This document shows, in pieces, positions 39,701 through 54,700 of a stretch of DNA of 64,000 nt. The stretch is from an uncultured Christensenellaceae bacterium. GTDB lineage: Bacteria; Bacillota; Clostridia; Christensenellales; UBA3700. The stretch covers positions 188,949-252,948 of the forward strand of contig CALWKS010000002.1 of NCBI GenBank assembly GCA_944381325.1, written 5' to 3'. Position 1 is the stretch's first letter. Every line of letters begins with the position of its first letter. The position numbers were made by a program, and so were the translations under genes. The notes under the pieces were generated by a model. That model was given only the letters and a program-made list of their open reading frames with translations, was not told the DNA's origin and did not search any database.

Positions 39701-42700
39701 GCCGTTGTTTATGCCGACGAGACCGCCTGCAGAAGCCGCGCTCAACGCATTTTCAGGCATAAGTTTTACGGTCAGATTGCTTATCGTGCCGTTGTTTACC
39801 GCAACCAGCATGCCTGCCGCGCCGTTTGTCGCGGTCTCAGCCGCACCGCCTGCGAGAGACAGCGTGTATCCTCTGCCGTCGAACGTGCCCGTAAATACCG
39901 TATCGGATACGTCTGAAAGATCTGCGCCGTAAATGCTGTTGACAAGATAGAAATTGCTGTTGTTCTTTATAGCTTCTTTGAGTTCTTCCTCAGTTGAAAC
40001 GGCTATGCCTGCGCCTGTCTGAACGGCGTTGAGCTGACCGCTTTCAAGCTCTGAAGAAGTGGTCGAATGATTTGTTGACTTGACGCTTTCGGTATTGCCC
40101 TGAACAACGAAGGTATATCTGTCCGTAGCCGTCGCGTTGTCGTGTCCGTCAAGACCCGTGAACTTAAACGTGAGAACGTAAGTTCCGCCCTGAGCCGTGT
40201 AAGCGAAATCCGTGAACAGATATCTGCCGTCAAGCGAAATCTCCGCCGCACTGTCTGCGTTGTTGACGTACATCGCAAACACCGTCAGCACCGCCTGATT
40301 GAGCTTTGCAAAATCTGAAGAAGAATCGAAACTGCTCTCGCTCCAGATCTCTCCGCTCATAAGTTTCTGAATTATGCGATGCTGAGCTTCAGTAGTAATA
40401 TCCGCTGTCTTTGCAAACAGGAAATCGAGTCCCTGCAATGCGCTTATGCCGACAGCGTAACTGCCGTTTTCGCGTTCAGCGACAAGCACGTCAGCCTGCG
40501 TTACCGTATAATCTGTAACCGTAATCACGGTGGCTTCGGTTACAGGCGCGCCTTCGTAATAAAGCACGTAGTTTGCCGCAACGCTGTCCTGATTGAGCGC
40601 GTCAGCCGATACCGCAACTCCGCTTACGAACGGCTTTATGTCAAGCGTGCCGTAAGTGCCTGCAAGCGAAGCGTTGAGTCCGCTGCCGTCGCCGATGATA
40701 ACCGTTTCTCCGTCGATACCGCCGTTTATTCTGAGCGAGTAAGCGCCGTCGAACTTCTTGCTTTCAAACGCGTCGGAAGAAATGTTTATCGGACGCGGAG
40801 TGATCTTGTAATATGCCGTTTCGTAGGTGAGCTCTGTTTCGTCGAACGACACAACGCCGAAAGCGTCTTCCTGAGCCGTGAACACATAATTTTCTCCGTC
40901 AAGCGCAATACCGTTGACGTAAATCTGATATCCCGGATCATCGGTAACGTTGACGGGTACGAAATACTCTTCTTTCTGTTCTTCTTCGTTGTAACGCTTA
41001 AAGACTATGCCGAGAGCGGACAGATCTATTGCGCCGAACGAAGACATATCTATCGCGTTGCCCTGCTTGTCTATCGCGTAAACGCTCCAGCCGTCCGTAG
41101 AATATGCGGGAAGAACGCCCGTGCCGTCATACTCCTTTTCAAGCGCGTTCATAACAACGTAAACTCTGTTTATCGACTGTCTCGTTATGATAAAGTCGAC
41201 CGTATGGGGCGCGCTCATTGTGTAATTGCCCTGATCTTTGAGGGTAAGCGTTATCGGATAAGTGCCCGCATTGTGAGCCGTCGTTCCTCCGCCGAGAGTA
41301 GCAGTGAACGTTATCACGTCGCCGTTCTCGAAAGTAACGGTGAGCGTGCCGTTTGCATTGACAGCAGCCGCGGTAAAGCCGAGCGCGCTTACGGTAACGC
41401 GGATCTCAGACGCGGTATAAGTTCTTGCTGAATTGTACTCCGTTCTGTTGCTCGTTATGCCTGCCACGTTCACGTTGCTGAAGCTTCCTGAAGTAAGCTC
41501 GAGCGGAGTTATCGTGCCGAGTCCTTCGATGATCGCGTACATTACCTTTTGTACGGTTTCAACGCCTTCTTCGTCGATAACGGTTTCTTCAGATTCGCCT
41601 GAGTAGTCAGCCTGAACGCCGTAGTTGGATAAAATCATTTCTCCGTCAGACATGACGTATACGGCGTAATAAGTCGTATCTTTATAAGTATAAGCCACGC
41701 CGTCCGAGTGTATCGCAACGGTCTTGCCCGTCGCCGCGTTTTTATCGTCGTATCTCCATTTAGCTATAACAAGTCCTTCGTCGCCTTCCAGCCAACCGTT
41801 GACAACAGCATTGTCGACCAAGTAGTCGCCGTCGTAAACCTTGGTTACGTCAGATACGGTCAGCGGTGCGGGAATAACCGTGCCTGCGCCTATAAAAGTC
41901 ATATTGTAGATAAGACCGTTGTTTACTACGGGGGTGTCGTCATAACCCAGCTCAGGATCGGGAACGTAATCCTCGTCAAACTGAGCGGGAAGCAATACGG
42001 TTTCAGAAGCCGCGATGCAATAATTGCTTGCAACGTCAGCCGTGCCGTCCTCTCCCACGACGAGAAGTCTGTAGTACATAACGGGCGCGGCAGTATCGAA
42101 ATCAGCGTAATATCCGAACGGGGTAAAGTCAGTCAGAACGTCTTTGCCTTTGCCCACCGCGGCATCGACAAATCTGCCCTGCACGCGCAGGATAACGGGA
42201 TTGCCGTCTGCGTCGGTTATCTGATTGCCTTCCTTATCCGTAAACGCAACGTCGGCAGAAATTTTCTCTTCTTCCTCGCCGTAGTAAACAAGCGTTTCTG
42301 TTCTGTCATAGAACTTGACGACAGAAGATATCACGATTTCCTGCGGCACTATATAATACGTGTACACTTCAGGAGTTTCGACGGGTTCTTCTCCGCCCGT
42401 TTCGCCGCCGCTTTCTCCACCCTGGTCTTCGCCTTCAGAGCCTTCGTCTCCGCCCGCAGCCGCTTTATCAGCATTTACAAGGATTTCGCCAAGTCCCGCG
42501 ACCTCGTAGTTGTCGAACGCTATGCCAGTAAGATACATCTCATATCCGCCGACCTGAGACGGATTTTCAACGACTTCTCCTCCCTGCTTGTAAATCACAT
42601 TGTCTGCATTGTACACAACGATTTCGCTTCCGCTGCCGAGGTTTGCAATAACTTCGGGAAGTTCAGCGTCCTGTTCAGAGCCGTAAACCTTTTCAAACGT

Positions 42701-45700
42701 ACCTGACGTAAGGCTGAGCGCGGACGCGTCGACATTCACTCTCTTTATCTTTGCACCGAGAACGCGCATGACTCCCGTCTGCACTTCTCCTTGCAGACAG
42801 TAGTTGCCGATTATTCCGCCGTCTGAAAGAACGTAATAAACAATTCCGTCCACGGTGATTTCTTTTACGTTGATAAGCAGATAATCGCTGCCCTTATTGC
42901 CTTTGATATACGTTGTGCCCGTGCTGTCGTAGTTTGCGTTTGCAGATTCGTAAACGCCGTCCAGCAGGTCAGCGGTAACGTTATCTGAAGCAATTGCGTC
43001 AGAATTGAGCGTTGCGCCAGCGAACGAAGTGTTGCCGTCGTAAGTCTTTTCAACGCTTGTTATATTGAGGTTACGCGGCAGAATGAAATATGCCGCTTCA
43101 GCAGGCAGAGACGGTATCGTAACTACTCCGCCTTCGCCTTCACCGCCTTCTTCTCCGCCCTGTTCTCCCTCTTCGGGATCGGGAGCTTCGGGCACGGGCG
43201 TTCCTGCCGTGTATACAGCAATTCTCGCGCCCTCGGGTATAGCGTAGTTGACGAGGATCTCTTCAGCAAATCCGCTTGCCCATACGAAGTATCCGCCTAC
43301 GAACAGCGGTCCGTCGAGAGACGTGAGGAATTCTTCAGAATCCGCCGCCGTTGTGAATTCAATAGAGCCGATAACACCGTCAGCCTGAGTATAAGTAGCG
43401 CTGACCTTACCGGTATACTTATCTATTATCCTCATAGTATAAAGGAATTTTCCGTCAGCGACAGAAGGCAGATTGAAGCCTGATTCGCCGTATATATACG
43501 AGAAGTCTCCGTCAAGAGAGATGAACACGTTCGCGCTGCCTGAGCCGTCGCCGCCGCTTATCTGCTGTTTCTCGATAACGAAAGTGCCGTTGCCCGCGCC
43601 GAGATCAAGCTCGAAGTTCATGTGTGAAAGCTCAAGGCTTACCGTATAATTGCCAGCGGCGAGCATATAAGCTGAAACGTTGTCTCCCGGAGCAAATACG
43701 TATTGATTCGTTCCGTCGCTCAGCGTTATTGTAAAATACATCGTATAAGTCGATCCGCCCTGCGATATCGTGAGAGCGTTGGAAGCCGCGCCGCCCGTAA
43801 AGCCGTACTGCATGCCTGAGACTGAGAACTGGAAGTGTTCTGCCATATATGCCGCGTCTGCGTCAGAACGGTATTCAAGAGTTGCGCCGCCTTTCAGCAT
43901 TACCTGCTGGCGCTCCGTCATATCCTTTACCCAACCCATGATATACGTGTTGAGTTCTGCCTGAGAAATCGTATATTTTGTTATAGTTCCTCTTGTATTC
44001 GTAAATGTGTTGTTGGTGGGCTTTCCGTCTTCGGCGTCGACGAGAAGCTTGTATTCTGTGCCGTTTATTACCGTTGTCTCGAAAGTGAGATTGAGTTTGC
44101 CCGTACCTGCGTTTTTGTTTGCGAAAGTACCTGCGGGCGTAAACGGATCAAGCGCGCCGCTTGTAGTGAATACGGCCTTGTTGCCTGTCGTTGTGAACGA
44201 GGTCGTGTTGTCGAATTCTTTTGTCGCGGTAACAAGAGAAATATTCGCAGGCAATACCGAAAATTCAAGGAGTTTTACGCCGCTGTAATTGTAATTGATC
44301 GCGTCGTCTCCTACGAATACCGGAGTAACCGTGAACGTATAATCGCCCACGTTGAGATGCTGTCCCGAGTTGTAATTGCCGCCGAAGAACTCGTTGTTGT
44401 TGGTATAAGCGCTCTTGCTTATATTAAGTCCGCCTTCCGCTGAAGACATCCTTCTGCCGTCAAGGTCTGTAAGCACCAGTACGGGATTTATCGACGTTGC
44501 GCCGCTTGCGGTATAGTTGTATTCAGTTCTCGACAGCGTAGCTTCGAGATTTCCTACTCTGAGTTCCTGCTTGGTTACCGAGAACGCTTTCTTCTTATCC
44601 GCATCGCTTACGTCTTCGTCCCAGTCGTAGTCTCCGCTCTTTATGTAAAGTTCGAGAGTGTAAGAGCCTACATAGCCGTTTGTCTTATTGGTATCGTTGG
44701 TGATCCTTACGTCGATATGGTCTTTGAGAAGGTCTCCTTCAATTACCGTAGCGCTGTCGTCAATCTCGAATCCTACGTAATATCCGTAATGATATTGATA
44801 TTTCTTGCCTCCGACATTTTCAAACAGATACGCCGTGCCCGAATAGTTGACGTTGCCGTTGGTCTGAACGATGGTTATGTTGTCGAGAATATCCGCCTTG
44901 CTTAGCGTATTCTTTATGATCTCGCCGACGTTCCAGGTGGTCTTGCTGACGTAGTAGTTGCCGGCAAAGCCCTCTCCGCTTTCAGCAAGATTACCCGTGT
45001 AATACCTGGTATTTTCAAGAAGCGCATAAGTCGTTCCGTCGATAATAGTATTGGTAGTGTCGAATCTGACGTTCTTTTTAACGCCCGCGTTCTTGGTGTC
45101 GAAAGTTGCCGACGGATAGATATTTACGATCGAGCCGTCCTTTTCCTTTTTGATCACGACACTCGTGCCTTCCTTGCGGTAATCCACGTTGATGCCGTTG
45201 TTGTAAATCATAGAAACGCTTTCAACGGTTACCAGAACGGGCGTTATGTTGCCTACTCGTGCAGAAAGCGCGCTTACGCAGTAGTTGCTCTTGTCTCTGT
45301 TCGCGCCCGAAACTACGCTCAGAGTGTTGTACGTCTTGCCGTTCAAAGTAAGCTTGCCCGTGCCTGTGAATTCGACTGAAATATCCGCGCCTGCATCAAG
45401 CGAAGCGTATTTCATTGCAAACACGTCGTTTGTTCCGCTTACGGGCTCGTATCCCTTTTCGTAAGTGTATTCAGTGTAAGACGCTTCAGCATTCAGCGTG
45501 TTGTCGAACTCTTTGGTAACAGAATCGAACTTTATCTCTCTCGGCAGAACGAAATAGCTTATCTGATTGCCGCTTTTGTCGACAAACTTGACGGTCATAT
45601 CCGCAAGTGTGTAGTTCTGCGAAGTAAAGTTGGATATCTTTACGTATATATCGTATTCTCCAGCGTCTTTAGCGGTGAGCGGATTCTTGCCTGCATCTCC

Positions 45701-48700
45701 CTTTGCCGCAGTAAACAGCGCGCCGTAATTGAGCGTGTATTCGTCAGGCTGCACCTCGTAGCCGCCCTGCGCGACTATTCTGAGGTTGTTGATATCGAAG
45801 TTGAAAGGTATCTTGCCGTCATTGTCGAAAATCTTGCTGAGGAAGCCTGCCGTTATGACGTAAGTGACCTGCGCTTCCTGGATCGCATACTCGGATATAA
45901 GCAACTCGCCTATATTGAGCGACTCGAGCAGCTCGTTGCCGTCTGTAAATATAAAGTTGGGAGAATCGGCGATATTGATATAGACTTTATATCTCGCCTT
46001 ATCCTTTACGCTTTCAGAAGTAACGCCTTCTTCATTGGTAAACGTGATATAGAAATGCACTTTTTCACCGCTTGCGTAACCGTTGATCTCAAGATAGAAT
46101 CTGTTGCCGCTCTGTCTGTAAGCAACGGTCTGAGAAAGAATTTTCGACTTCTCTTCAAACGCCTCGGTATCGTAATCGACAAGGGCATCGTAAACCCTGT
46201 TGTTCATGTTGCCTATGCCGAATTCTTCTCCCCACATATAAAGACTGAGGTCATGAGAAGATATCTCTTTCTGTCTTATAGTGCCGCTGTAAGTGTAATT
46301 GCCCGATGGCAGTGCATAGAAATTCGTCGCACCGTCGGTAAGCGTTATATTTCCGCTGTAAGAAGCCGTTGCAGGGGCGTAGTTTGCCGTATCGCCCGTA
46401 CCTTCAAACAGCTTTATCACCGCTTCCTTTATCTCGCCGCCCACAGCGTACCTGAACATGAAATCGCTGTATGTAGCCATGAATATAGTGCCGCTTCCGG
46501 CATCTTTCTGACTGTACACGCCCGTTGAAAGCTCGATCACGTCTCCTCTTATCTGATTGTTGCCGAAGCTCGTTTCGCTTTCGTTGTACGCCGTAGTGCC
46601 GTCGTAAGTCTTAGATACGGATACGTTATTCTGAGTTACGCCCTTGGGAAGAACAACCGTATATATGTCGATATAATCGGAATCGGAGAACATTATAGTG
46701 CGGTTGGTCGTGTTTATCTTCGAGTTTTCTCCGCCTTCCGAACTGAAAGTGATACGTATGCGGTAAGCGCCCGCCTTGTCAGTAGCGGTCTTGCTTACCT
46801 TTACGGTGGACTTGCCGTCCGCGCTGTCTCTGTAATAGGACGGAGACATGAGTCCCGCAGAAACTTCTCCGAGTCCCATGTCAGGTCTGTTTATAGGATT
46901 GTTGTTTTCGTCAGCATAGTAAAGCACGGGGTCGTTGATCACAGCTCCGTCATAAGTTTTCGCTACGCTGTCATAGAATACGCCTTCCGTTTCGTCGTAA
47001 TAATAGCGGCTGTCGTCCATTGCGATCTTTACCGCCATGCCCATGACGTAAGTGAACGTGAAGTCAGCGCCGTCGTTGTTGCGGTCGAATACTCTGCTGA
47101 AGTTGTTGTTCTGCTTTGCCTGTTCGAGAGATCTAACGTTGTTATAGTAAGGCGTGCTGCTGATGGTAACGCTGTTGTCAGCATATCTCCAGGTCTCGTA
47201 AATCTCCCATACGAACTGCGCGCCCATAGAGCTTGAAGAAAGCGTTATGTTGATAGCGACGTCAGAAGTAATATTCTTTGTCTGGAAAGTAAGAGACGCA
47301 CTGGTGTCAGGGTCATTCATATCCAGCTCTGTGCCTTCGTCTATGCTGTTGCCAAAAGCAACCTCGTAAATATACACGTTGTTGGGCTTGAACAGTCTGT
47401 TCCAGTCTGCCGTTCCGTCCGAAGTCATCATCGCCGCCGCACGCGCGCCGGTATAGTCTAAGTCTTTGTTTCCGCCGCTGTCGAGAGTTCTGGTTATTCT
47501 GGGGAAATAATCGTTTATCACGCTCATTGCGCCCTGACTGCCCACACTGCCGAAAACAGAGAAGTTGGGAGCTCCTGATACCCACGAAGAATCGGACGCG
47601 GTATTGTAATTGCTGTATTTTTCAAAAGTGAACGCATCGTTGTATACCACTTCTCCGTTACTTCTCGATGCAAGCACTACGGCGCTTCCGCCGCTGTCCG
47701 CGGTATCGGAATATCCTACCTTTATCGTATCATACGGGAAGGTCGGATCTGACAGAAGATTGTATGCCTGAGTTCTTATATATTCGTATTTGTCTTTAAA
47801 ATCGCTGTTTGCCATACGGGTCGCGGTATTGCTGCCGTAATACCAGTTGTCCATATGGAAAGTCTTGTAATTTTCAATACCGTACATGAAGTAGATATTG
47901 TTGAGAGTGTTCTCTTCCGCAACGCCTGCAAGCTGAGCGCCGATATAGTAGTTTACGCGGTTCGTTCCGCTGTAGAAAATATTGTTATTGCCCGTTGTAA
48001 GGAAGTATGCCGCGCCGTTCCAGTTGCAGATAACACCGTCAATGTTGCCGAATTCGTTATCCTTGCTGCTTACCGTGTATGTGTAATGATCAGAATTGAG
48101 ACCTACGATAGAACCTGCGCTGGTTACTTTATTTCCTGAGCTGAAGCCTTGAGATTTGCCTCCCATATTGAGTTCGCCCCACGCAGTCATCGTTCCGCTA
48201 CCGTTGATGGTTACGTTGTAAACGGTGCTGTTGTCCGTAAGCCAGCCCACGATGCCTCCGGCATAAGCATAAACGCTGTCGCTTCTGCCTGACCATGAGA
48301 ACGAAGAAACCTGAGATTCAACTCTTATTCCGCTTCCCTCGCTGAGATTTACCGTACAATTGGAAATATAAGACTGTGCAGAATCGGTACCGTACATGAA
48401 TCCCGCAAAGCCGCCGTTCACGGCGATCGTGTTTATCTTATAATTCAGATTATTCGTATAACCCGACTGCAACTGAGGTCCGTCGCAGGTAGCACGCAAA
48501 CTGTTGACGACAACATTCTCTCCGAGGGTCAGAGTACAGTTGTCGATCGTGCCAGCATTGACCGCGGTAACTATACCTGCAAACAGCGAAGTGCCGTAGT
48601 TTCTCCAGCTGTCCTGAGTTATTACATCAAACCATCTTGCATAGTCGTGGTTGTCTATTGTTATTGAGTTGGGAACATTGAATTCGATATTCTGAATAGT

Positions 48701-51700
48701 TCCCAGATTCCTTCCAAGGAAAAGACCGCCCGCTCTTATTCCTATCGAATAGTCTGTGTTTATCTGATTAAGGTCGTTTTGCGTAAATGTATTCAGACCG
48801 CCGATATAATCCCAGAAATACTCGTCTTCCAGCAAAGCTCCTGCAGGAGTATTGCCCTTGTCGTCAAGCACCGCGCTGTGAATGTTGCCGCTGGTTGTAA
48901 TGGTAACGGTATTGCCATTGCCTTCAAGTATCTTGTCTGAACGCATGGTAACCGCGGTAGCGTAGTAATGTCCGGATTTGTTACCTGTACCCTGCGTTGC
49001 GTAATCAACGTTCAAGTCGTTTGCGATAATGCCTATATTTGCGTTGGCATATTGCGTATAATTGCTGTCTGAAGAAGCAAGTCCCTTCGTGGTATCCGTG
49101 CCTGAAGACATAAAAGTCATCAGCTGTTGCGCATCGTAGATATAAACCTCGTTGTAAGTCGTTTTCAGCACGTAAATGCCGTTGGGGAAAGCAGCCGCGG
49201 AAGCTTTTATATCCGCAAGAGCCGTCGCAACGTCAACGGTAATGAATGCGCTTGAAGCAGCGCCGAGAGCGCCCAAGTCTTTTATCTGCTTTATTCTGGA
49301 AGCGATGTCAGCTCCGCTTTCGTCAAAGTAAGCAAGATAAAGGTTTATGCTCTGCCAACCCAGACCGCCCGTTATGCTTACGCTGAGTTTTCCTGCTTCC
49401 GTCCAGGTCGCAACCATATCCGCAGTGGTTATATCGATAGAATACAGATTGTTGGTAAGCCACATTCTCATACCTGCGCCGCGCAGATCGGGATCGCTCG
49501 AATCAACGGTTACAGGCGCATATCCCATAACGGCAACCGCTTTGTTTGAGCTGAAAGTTTCAGTATAATCAGCGTAATTTACGCTGGTTGTCCAAGCGGT
49601 GTCTCCTTCATAGGTGGTCTGCCATACGAGGTTTTTGATATTGTCGTAATTGATATTTTTAGTTACGGTCTCCGTGCCGTCCGTACCTGTCTCCGAAGTA
49701 ATGCCGTCAAGGAATCTCGCCGCTATCATACCGACGCGGGTATTCGCCTTTGCTCTTACGTATCCTTCAAAGCCAATATATACGCTGTCCAGCTTAGAAG
49801 GTCTGATCTCTCCGTAAGCGGCAACTATCTCCTGCACGTCAGGATCAGCACTGTCTGCGGTAAGCACCGAATAGTTTGAACCGAGAGCGACAACGCCTGC
49901 CGTATACAGCTTTGTGGACGAAGTGGTAACCGTGCCGCTTTCGTCTATGCCGTTGTAAAGATAACCTACGCCGATTACCTTGACCTGCTCGATAGATGCG
50001 GTATTTTCAGAAAATTCGAACGTGTTGATAACGCCTGCAATGTTCGCAAGCGCCGCGGTGCCGTTTGCATTTGTGCCCGATATCTTCATCACGGACTGAT
50101 ATTCTGAATCGAACTCTACTTTTCTGAGAACGCCGCGAAGATCGCCTACTACACCGCCGACGGTAGCCGCGTTGTGCGCGCCTTCAACAGATATGAAGCT
50201 GTTGGCGGTAAGCGTTACGGCGAGATTTTCTATTCTTCCGTCTATCGCAATACCCACAACGCCGCCTGCGGCAACCAGGTTTGCGCCGCCTTTCATTGTG
50301 ATGCCGCCCGCACGTTCTGCCGTGCCGAAAGTGAGATTGTCTATATCAGCGATAACCGCGTCCGCGCCCGACTGAGCGCCCACCATTCCGCCGAATATCG
50401 AATTGTATTTTGCGCCTGCGTTGCTGTCCAGTTCAATAATTCTGTCAAAGCTGTAATTGCGCAGCTGAGAGACAACTCCTTCGTTGACGCCTACGAGCAT
50501 GCCGTAGATGAATCCCGTCAGAGAATTTGAATCGAAATCGATGCCCATATTCGCCGCATTTGCGATGACGTCGTTTGCGTTTCTGAATATGTCTCTTCCG
50601 CCGTCAGTGCCTGAAAGCTCTATCTCTACGTTGGTGAACGTGCCGTAGTTCAGCGCAAGGAATTCACTGACTACCAGATATTTCTGTTCTTTTCCTTCCG
50701 TGTCGTTGCCGAACGTATAAGCCGCAATATTGTTTTCAAACGCGGACGTTACGACGATCTTATTTCCGCTGTCCTGTCCGCCGTCGAACAGTTTGCCTTC
50801 GCCGAGAACAAGCGGCTGTGAAGGCACGGTAGTGATTTCCACCGTCTTTCCTGTGCCCTGGATGCGCATTTCAGTTGCGCCGGACCATACCTGATATAAG
50901 CGGTATATCGCGTCTCCGAGAGATCTGCCCTCGTCGCTGCTCACCATCGTGTACTGATAATATCCCGCGTACGAGCCGTCCACCGTACCGCACGGCTTCG
51001 TGCTGAGGAAGCTCAGCACCATATACTGAGTGTACGCGCCGTAAGCGCTGTCGGTAAGCGCATAAACGTTTGATTCGAATGAGAATGTAACGTATCCTAT
51101 ACCCGTATTGCCGGCATTGGTTACGGTAAGAGTCTGATCTGCCGCGCCGCCTGCGCCCACAGTTCCGCTTCCGCTGCCGCCGCTTCCTCCTACAGACGCG
51201 GAGAAATCGGGAGTTTCTATAAACATGATGCCTGAGGGCTTATGCACGTTGAGAGTGAGAACTCCTCCGCTTATGTCAGCATCCATGGTAAGATAATTTA
51301 TCGGGTTGTCGTCTGAATCCACAAGAGCAAAGCCGTAGCTGTTCAACGCAAAAGCCGCTTCGTTCGTCGCCTGCTGCTGTGAATCGATCCAATCGGAAGG
51401 CGCTTTGCCGAATACGCTTATATATGTTGGGTACTGAGAATTTCCTCCGTGGAATGCCGGCAGGACTTCAGCTTCCTCACCTTCTACTCCCGTAAGTTTA
51501 TCGGGTATCGACCAGAAAGTATTGCTGACAGCGCCTTCAGGCACAGCGGCATAACTTTCAGCCAGAGCGCCCGTTACGTAACCGTATCTCGGCAAACCCA
51601 GAGCACGGGAGTTCATAGTTACCATGCCGCCGCTCAAGGCAAATACGCTGTCAGAAATCGTAGCCTTTGAAGATGTGTTCTTGAAATCTATAAATCCTAT

Positions 51701-54700
51701 TCTTGCCGCGCCGTCAGCGTTCATAGAGCCGACGAGACCGCCTACGAACACGCTTGTCGTAGAAGTGGAATTGATCGCAGAAGAATATACGTAGAAACCG
51801 CCCCAACCTGTAGCTTTCAGCCCTTTGAGCGTTCCGCCGTCGTTGATACCCACAAGACCGCCCGCAGAAACGTCTCCTCCGCCCGCGCTCATACCGTAAT
51901 TGATATGCGCAAGCAACGAAGCCGCAGAAAGCGTGCCTGAGTTGTAGCCTACCGCACCGCCCCATACCGCAAGTTCCTGCGCAGTAAGATATATCGTTCT
52001 CGACTGCGGAGACTGTCCCAGTCTGCTCAAGTAATCGCTCTGCTTCGTCTCAGTGCCTACGGTAACGTTTACGCCTGAAACCAGCGCATAGTTTGAACCG
52101 ACTGCACCGCCGTAAATGCCTTCTTCTACCTGTCCGATAGTGTTGTTGCTGAAATTGTTGAGCGTAAGCGTTCTCGCTTCGCCGTAGTTTTCGCCAACCA
52201 GTCCGCCGTAAACAGCCTTTGCCGCACCGTCAATGTTTACGGCGCTGTACTTGTTTACGGTAAGGTCGCTTACTCTGCCGCTTTCTGCATTTATACCCAC
52301 TATTCCGCCGTAGACGACTTCAGTCGAAGCCGCTCCGCTGACCGTGATCGCCGCTGTCTGCGTGCTATTGTTGAAAGTTATGCCGCTTATATCGCCGTAG
52401 TTGACGCCCGCAAGCATACCCACTGCCGCACTGTCGACGAGATTTGAGGTATATGTGCTGAGTATATAAGAAGTTGTTCTTATCTCAATATTGAAATTCC
52501 TTACCGTGCCGCGGTTGACAGCCATAAGTCCGCCCACAGCGCCCTTTTCGCTTCCGCCGACTTCTGTCTGAATATATCCGCCGCTGCCTGATGAGGTATT
52601 GTCGTTTTCTCTGTCGTTCGTCTGCAATACGTATCCGCCGGGATATGCCATAAGCAGCATATTGTTGCCGCCGTCGAGCACTTTTCCTTCATTCATTTCG
52701 ACGTAACCGTTTGCAGGCTTGTATATCTGAATGTTTTCTTTTACGTAGCCCGTCTTCGCGCCTGCATAAAGCTGATTGTATCCCTTGCCGTCGACAAAGC
52801 AATACAGCATACTGTTGGCGATGCCGTCTGCCTCATTTACGTAATTGTTATACTCCGTGCCCTGTCTGATATCCACAGAATAAGTCGCAAAGAATTCGAG
52901 CGTAGGAACGTAAGTGCCCGTACCGTTGAGATAATCGCCGGAAGCAGTGTAAGAAAGCGTGCCCGAAGCCGTATAGCTGTCGGAAGACAGAGTTTCTGTC
53001 GAAATAACGTCGCCGTTGTATCTGATGTAAGAGAGCCTGATATTTATATCGTAAGCGCCGTTGAAATAGCTGAGCGGAGCGCTCCAGTTTGCAGAATTCG
53101 CATTCGAGACAAGCGTTCTCTCACTTACGAAATCCGCGTCCCCGTCGTCGCTGTAATCGCTGAGCTTGAACAATACGCCCGTAGCATACTCTGCGCTTGC
53201 GTCCTCGGTATTGTATCCGTACATAGAAACGGTATCCGCATTATCGGTAAACCACGGTATTTTATAATCGCCTGCGGTATAACCGTTTTCGTAATAATGC
53301 GCAGCCGCACCCTTTACAGATCCGCTTGCTATACTGCCGACTGCACCTGCGATAAGTCCTCTGTATCCGCCGTAAGCCTTGAACGTATATGCGCCTGCGT
53401 AAACACCTGACATGACCGAAGGCGCGAGGTCGAGACCTGCGATCTGCGTATTTTGCGCGCCCGTGTTTATAATGCCCACAATACCGCCCATATAGCCAGT
53501 GCCTGCGGTTACCTTCATCGAAGCGGTTTTACCTGCCGTGCCTGTGTTGCTGACAGAGCCGCCGTTCTGCATGCCGACAACGCCACCTGCCGCAGCTATG
53601 CCCGTGGGATTGGCGATAAGCGCCGCGCTGTCAAAATTCACGCTGACGCCGCTGATCGCTCCGCTGTTGCTGCCGAACGCCGCTCCTGCGAATACGTCTG
53701 CGCTTGTTACGGTGTAAGTTCCTGAAAGATTTGCCATTGCACCCGTAACGTCCGCCGTATTTATACCCGCAACGGCGCCGAAGTAGCTGACCGTAGCGCT
53801 CGCACCTATAACTGTTGCGTTGACGTTGGTAAGCTTTCCTTCGTTTACGCCTGCAAGCAATCCCAGCGCGGAAGCCGAAGCGCGTAGCTCCTCTCCCGCC
53901 GTAAGGCTGAGATTCATTATCTCTGCGCGGTTTACCGCGAAGAAACCGCCTGCGACCGTTTCTCCGTTATAGAGCGCCGTGGGAAGCGTTCCCGTTACTG
54001 CAAGAGTGTTGTTTATGCTGCCGATGAGTATTTTCTTTTCTGAGCTTTCGGCACGCAGAGAAGAAGTCGTGCCGTCAACCGAGAAGGAAGCGTTGTTGGC
54101 AAGCGAAGCTTTATGCGCGCCTGCGTATACTCCCGCCCCGTCTCCCCTCATAAAGTCGACAAGCTCCTGATTCTGTTTATCGTAAATGATGACCGAATAG
54201 TCTATAAGCACGTCAAGCACGGGCACGTATTTATCGCTGCTAGCGTAAGTGCCGTTCACTGCCGTCGTGTAAATTCCCGAAGCAAGCGAGGGCGCGCCGC
54301 TGTAAGTGTTGTCCGTCGTCAGCGCTCCTTCTGAATTGTAATAATAATATTTCGCCGTAAGGGTTATCTGATCAAGTGCTGTTATCTGAGAACGCAGGAA
54401 TGTAAACGACTTGTCAGCGCCGTTTACGTTTATTGTGCGTTCAGTAAGGAAATCTGCAGAGCCGTCATTGCTGAAATCGCTCACTTTGAACAGCAATCCT
54501 TCAGTCTGAACTGCCGTGCCGTAGCCGTACATCGCAAGCGTATCCGTTGCCGTAGTCGTCCAGGGCAAAGCATAACTTTCTACCTCGTCGGGATAATGCG
54601 CCGCTATACCGCTGAGTGCGCCCTCTCTTAAGTCTCCTTCTCCCAACGTAGCCGCGACGAGACCTTTGTATCCTGCCGCCGCGTTTATGCGCATTCCGTA

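Noticed and set aside
38561-42706. Several 330-360-aa plus-strand ORFs inside the giant gene
   Set aside because: Antisense shadows with no recognisable domains.
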